Source of the DNA: an uncultured Methanosarcinales archaeon
GTDB lineage: Archaea; Nanobdellota; Nanobdellia; Woesearchaeales; JACJVV01
Assembly: GCA_964581515.1 (NCBI GenBank)
Contig: CAZOOV010000005.1
Span: 75,025-139,024, forward strand
DNA length: 64,000 nt
Direction: 5' to 3'
Part shown: positions 60,230 through 64,000 of the stretch, piece after piece
Numbering within the stretch: position 1 is the stretch's first letter
Layout of the letters: each line of letters starts with the position of its first letter
Made by a program: the position numbers and the translations under genes
The notes under the pieces: generated by a model
Seen by the model: only the letters and a program-made list of their open reading frames with translations
The model's database searches: none
What the model was told of the DNA's origin: nothing

Positions 60230-60261
60230 TTTATTATAATATTTTTATCTTATTTCTTATT

Positions 60262-60798
60262 TTATTCTTTTTTTCTATTTGTTGCAAATCCTAATGCTAC
60301 TCCTACTATTATTGCGATTAAAAATGCCCAAAGCCATCCCCAATCTTGAAGTACGCTTCCAGTTATCCAAAAAAATACTAAGCCACCTACAACAATTGCA
60401 GCCCAACGTCTGACTCTTTCTGCACTAGATTCCATATTCTTATACATCCCTACACCTGCAAGCATAGATAGGGCAACTATCATGAAAACCCCCCATGGTC
60501 CAGCAAGACCATTGACAAGAGCGTCTACTTCTCCCTTTGTTTGCCATCCTAATGAAGCCATAGCAAGGAGTGCTAAGCACCAAGAAATGACATTTCCATA
60601 AGTATTAACTTTCTGATCGCCACTACCTTCAAACATAGGTATTTTGCTTAGAAGTGCTTTAAATAAGAATGCACACATGACTGTGCAGACTGTCATAACA
60701 AGAAAGTATAATGCATATTTTGACTTGAAGATTTCATGTATGAATTTACCTAATGTCTTAAATCCATCCACCAAATCTGTCATGCCTTGATCAGCCAT
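60262..60798 (-). CDS. Multi-pass membrane protein (about 5 TM)
   Basis: Hydrophobic segments; tandem with 59327-60229. Confidence 0.65.
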   Translation of the reverse strand: MADQGMTDLVDGFKTLGKFIHEIFKSKYALYFLVMTVCTVMCAFLFKALLSKIPMFEGSGDQKVNTYGNVISWCLALLAMASLGWQTKGEVDALVNGLAGPWGVFMIVALSMLAGVGMYKNMESSAERVRRWAAIVVGGLVFFWITGSVLQDWGWLWAFLIAIIVGVALGFATNRKKE

Positions 60799-60932
60799 TT
60801 TATTGTCCTTTTAGCGTTAAATCTACTCTAATCCTACATTAATTCAAATATTGGAAATAACACTATATAAAGTTTTTTGAAATGGAGCATAGAATCAATT
60901 CGTATTTATTTTTAATAATTGCTTTTAATAAT

Positions 60933-61430
60933 TTATTTTGGCAATTCATCTAATGCTCTAATGAAGTACATTGCAATGTTTCCAAGTTCATAGGTTAATT
61001 TATGTTGAGGGTGTGAGCTAGCACTATATCTATACATCATTAATGTTCCTATGATTTCTTCAGCTATTTCTTTTGTGAGGGTTGAGGGGGAATTTTTTTC
61101 TTTATCTGTGTATATTTTAGTAGCAGATATATAGTTCTTTATCATATTGATATCTTCTTTTATTCTTTCATTTATTTCTTGGTTTAAAATAGCGTCTTCA
61201 TGTCCTATTCCATATTGTATTTTAAGGAAAATAAGCCTATCTCTATAGATATAAATATTTTTGATTTCTTCAGGAGTTAGAGGTCTTTGAATATTACTCT
61301 CAATAATATTCATAGCTTTTTGGTAATATTTTGATGATGTTACTAATCTTTCACTTTCTTGCATGTATTCTGTTCCTGTTAGTTCACTAAGCCTTTTTTC
61401 TAAATCCATCTCATAAATTATATCATTCAT
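60933..61430 (-). CDS. Hypothetical protein
   Basis: Overlaps the end of the Lrp gene. Confidence 0.55.
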   Translation of the reverse strand: MNDIIYEMDLEKRLSELTGTEYMQESERLVTSSKYYQKAMNIIESNIQRPLTPEEIKNIYIYRDRLIFLKIQYGIGHEDAILNQEINERIKEDINMIKNYISATKIYTDKEKNSPSTLTKEIAEEIIGTLMMYRYSASSHPQHKLTYELGNIAMYFIRALDELPK

Positions 61431-61893
61431 CTTCTTTTGGCACTCTATGCGGATTGCTGAAAAAAGATTCTTTTATTATTTCATCAATAATATAATAGAC
61501 TTGTTTTGTTTTAATGGTATAATTCTCTTCTAGGTATTCAAGAAATTCTTCTAGTCCTTTTACATTTCTAAATATGACTTCTACCATATAATCAAAGCCA
61601 TTGTTTATCTTGCATAAGGAATTGACGTTTTGATGCTTAGTGAGCATTTCAAAAAGATCTTTTTTTGAACTCTTCCCACATTTAATACATATATTTGCTC
61701 TTGCATTATAACCTAAAACTTCAAAATTAAGCAAAGATACGTGTTTTCTTATAGCTCCATTTGATTTTCTTTTTAAGCGATCATAGATGGTTGATATTGG
61801 TATTTGTGTTTTTTTGCTTATTTCTGTAAGTTGTGCTCTTGCATTATTTCTTAGTTGTGTTAAAATCTGTAAATCTTTTTGGTTTATTGCCAT
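61423..61893 (-). CDS. Lrp/AsnC-family regulator
   Basis: DLQILTQLRNNAR..LTEISK, STIYDRL, RAM-like domain (NGFDY). Confidence 0.88.
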   Translation of the reverse strand: MAINQKDLQILTQLRNNARAQLTEISKKTQIPISTIYDRLKRKSNGAIRKHVSLLNFEVLGYNARANICIKCGKSSKKDLFEMLTKHQNVNSLCKINNGFDYMVEVIFRNVKGLEEFLEYLEENYTIKTKQVYYIIDEIIKESFFSNPHRVPKEDE

Positions 61894-61936
61894 TTTTGCC
61901 TCCTTTTTTTAAATTTCTGTCGAGGTTTTTGATTTA

Positions 61937-62048
61937 TTATATAACCTCTAGAATAATTAAGGAGAAATATATGTTATATAACTTACTTCTATAAAATATA
62001 TTTGTTATATTTATTATATAACAATAATCTATATAAGAAAGTTATATC
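61937..62048. promoter_or_regulatory. Repeated GTTATAT(AAC) palindromic sites between divergent regulators
   Basis: TTATATAAC 61937, GTTATATAAC 61973, TTGTTATAT-N5-ATATAACAA 62002-62024, GTTATATC 62041. Confidence 0.45.
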
Positions 62049-62060
62049 TTATTATATCAT

Positions 62061-62942
62061 ATGAAAAGAAAACTGGTCAAACAAGGAAATGGGGCACTTA
62101 CAATCACATTACCCTATCAGTGGTTATCTAAAAATAATTTAGAAAAAGGAGATTATGTTGATTTGATTGAGTCTGGTAAAGATTTTATTTTATCTTTAGA
62201 TGCAAAGAAAGTAAACAAGGCATATGAAATTACGGTTTCTAAAGATAAACCTTTTTTCAAAAGATATATCAGAACATGTTATGTGTTAGGATATGATTCT
62301 ATCACTATTGTAGCTGAAAATACATTACCTTTGAAATTAATAAAAGAAATATTAAGTAATTTAATTGGTTATGAGATTATTGAGCAGACAACAAAGAGAT
62401 GTGTGATTTCTGTTGTTGCTTCACCTTATGATGAGAATTTTGATGCAATACTTAAAAGGATATTTTTTATGTTAGAATCAATGGTGGACGAAATTATTTC
62501 TGTATTTGATTCTAAGGATTATGAAAGTCTACAGGAAATTGCTGCAATGGAGGGTTCTATAAATACATTTGTAGATTTTTGTTTAAGGATTTTGAATAAA
62601 AAAGGTTATGTTGATTTTCGTAAAACTCCTTATTTATATCAGATTTTAGCGCAATTAGAACAGATTGGTGATGGACTGCGTGATTTGGCAACACATTTAT
62701 CTCCTAGATCAGCTAAGATTAAAGATGTTGTTACAAATTACCGAGAGTATTTTATTCATTTGAGACAATTATTCTATAAGTATGATATGAAAAAAATTAA
62801 AGTTATAAAGAATATTAGATTAAATCTTTATGATCAAGTTAGGAAAGCAGTACATACTTATCCAGAAGAGATGCTTGATTTGTATATGTTAGTTTCAATA
62901 TTACATCAATTTGAGATTGCGCTTGATCCTATAAATAATTAA
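62061..62942 (+). CDS. AbrB-domain plus PhoU-domain regulator
   Basis: RKLVKQG..LTITLP..W...L.KGD, Y.LGYD, LEQIGD. Confidence 0.85.
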   Translation: MKRKLVKQGNGALTITLPYQWLSKNNLEKGDYVDLIESGKDFILSLDAKKVNKAYEITVSKDKPFFKRYIRTCYVLGYDSITIVAENTLPLKLIKEILSNLIGYEIIEQTTKRCVISVVASPYDENFDAILKRIFFMLESMVDEIISVFDSKDYESLQEIAAMEGSINTFVDFCLRILNKKGYVDFRKTPYLYQILAQLEQIGDGLRDLATHLSPRSAKIKDVVTNYREYFIHLRQLFYKYDMKKIKVIKNIRLNLYDQVRKAVHTYPEEMLDLYMLVSILHQFEIALDPINN

Positions 62943-62981
62943 GAAATAAAAAAATAATGTTTTAATTTTCTGTTAAATTAT

Positions 62982-63212
62982 TTATTTTTTCTTTGATCCA
63001 AGCCAATTAGCAAGTAGCATTGTTAAACCGACTACAACTATAGTTGTTACAACTGCTGCAATTGTTAATCCTACTACCCCTTCAGAATTTTCATATAAAG
63101 GTCGAAGCCAGGCTTGTATTGCATCTTTCCACACTAATGCTGCTACAAATGCAAGAGCCGCAGTCATTAATGTAAGTGTTTGTTCTTTCACTTGTTTGAT
63201 AATTTTTACCAC
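62982..63212 (-). CDS. Small 2-TM membrane protein (DUF5654-like)
   Basis: LMTAALAFVAALVWKDAIQ, AVVTTIVVV. Confidence 0.75.
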   Translation of the reverse strand: MVKIIKQVKEQTLTLMTAALAFVAALVWKDAIQAWLRPLYENSEGVVGLTIAAVVTTIVVVGLTMLLANWLGSKKK

Positions 63213-63320
63213 CCCCTAAGTGACTTATGATGTACATAATATTTAATATTTATATTTTCTTTCCTTTTCAATTGCACACGTCCCAAAACCTTTATAATCT
63301 CCAGATTACACATCTCATCC

Positions 63321-64000
63321 ATGCAAGGCATCAAAGAACTTTCAGCGCTTGATCTTCATTATTTATTGAATGAGTTCGAAATTCTGAAAAATTCAAAAGT
63401 AGAAAATATTTATCAAAATAAAGGCACACTTTATTTAGTTCTGCATATATCAGGGAAAGGTAAAAGAATACTAAAAATAATGCTTCCTCATTTTATATAT
63501 ATGACTGAATATAAAGAGGAGATGCCTGAAACTCCGCCTCAATTCTGTTCTTTAATAAGAAAATATCTAAGAAATGCAAGACTTAGAAATGTAGAACAGA
63601 TTGATTTTGAAAGAATCATAAAAATAACTTTCTCTTCAAAAGATCAAACTTATTATTTAATAATAGAATTATTCAGCAAAGGAAATATTATCCTATGTAA
63701 CAGTAATATGAAAATCATCTACCCTATGACTCATCAAAAATGGAAAGATAGGACAATAAAAGGTGGTCAGCAATATATTCATCCTGAAAAATCAATAAAT
63801 ATCCTAAAAGCAAAAAAAGAAGATTTAGAAAAAGCACTTAATGCAACAAAATTAGATTCTGTTGTGACATTTTTAGCCAAATATATTGGCTTTGGAGGAA
63901 ATTATGCTGAAGAAATATGCAGGGATGGAAAAATTAATAAGAAGTCTCTTCCAAAAAAAGTAGATTCAGAAAAATTAATGCAATGCATAAGTAAAACTAT
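63321..64000 (+). CDS. rqcH: NFACT/Rqc2 (RqcH) ribosome quality-control protein, 5' part
   Basis: Hand translation MQGIKELSALDLHYLLNEF...PPQFCSLIRKYLRNARL..VEQIDFERII...LIIELFSKGNIIL...GFGGNYAEEIC; runs off the window edge. Confidence 0.88.
   Translation, partial: MQGIKELSALDLHYLLNEFEILKNSKVENIYQNKGTLYLVLHISGKGKRILKIMLPHFIYMTEYKEEMPETPPQFCSLIRKYLRNARLRNVEQIDFERIIKITFSSKDQTYYLIIELFSKGNIILCNSNMKIIYPMTHQKWKDRTIKGGQQYIHPEKSINILKAKKEDLEKALNATKLDSVVTFLAKYIGFGGNYAEEICRDGKINKKSLPKKVDSEKLMQCISKT

Noticed and set aside
1..64000. tRNA genes, provirus or integrase, transposases, defence systems
   Set aside because: No cloverleaf or hallmark ORFs seen by eye; a split or permuted tRNA half could have been missed.

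Overview
AT-rich archaeal chromosome segment. The gene set (SecDF, gyrase A, bacterial-type AspRS, unlinked 5S rRNA, many leaderless genes) suggests a DPANN/Woesearchaeota-like organism; that placement is inference. Most of the window is core information-processing genes. It contains a likely replication origin (two inverted ORBs flanking an AT-rich stretch, next to cdc6/orc1-PolD), mcm, tbp, tfe, fen1, hjc, mre11, a histone, gatCAB, pheST, aspS, rnz, endA, RNase P RNA, 5S rRNA, nfnAB and a polyamine/deoxyhypusine operon. The most notable signals not in the ORF track are: (1) a box C/D guide RNA enclosed in a canonical bulge-helix-bulge splice motif, with no tRNA around it, just downstream of pheT, followed by a diverged structured copy carrying a second 3' splice half; (2) a leaderless 16-aa uORF ending RAGR-stop at the head of the DHS/decarboxylase/agmatinase operon; (3) ORB-like Orc1 sites at the cdc6 start and upstream of tbp-mcm; (4) two TrmB paralogues with an identical 39-aa core bracketing the origin. 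I found no CRISPR array, tRNA gene or transposase. All calls are by eye, without database searches.
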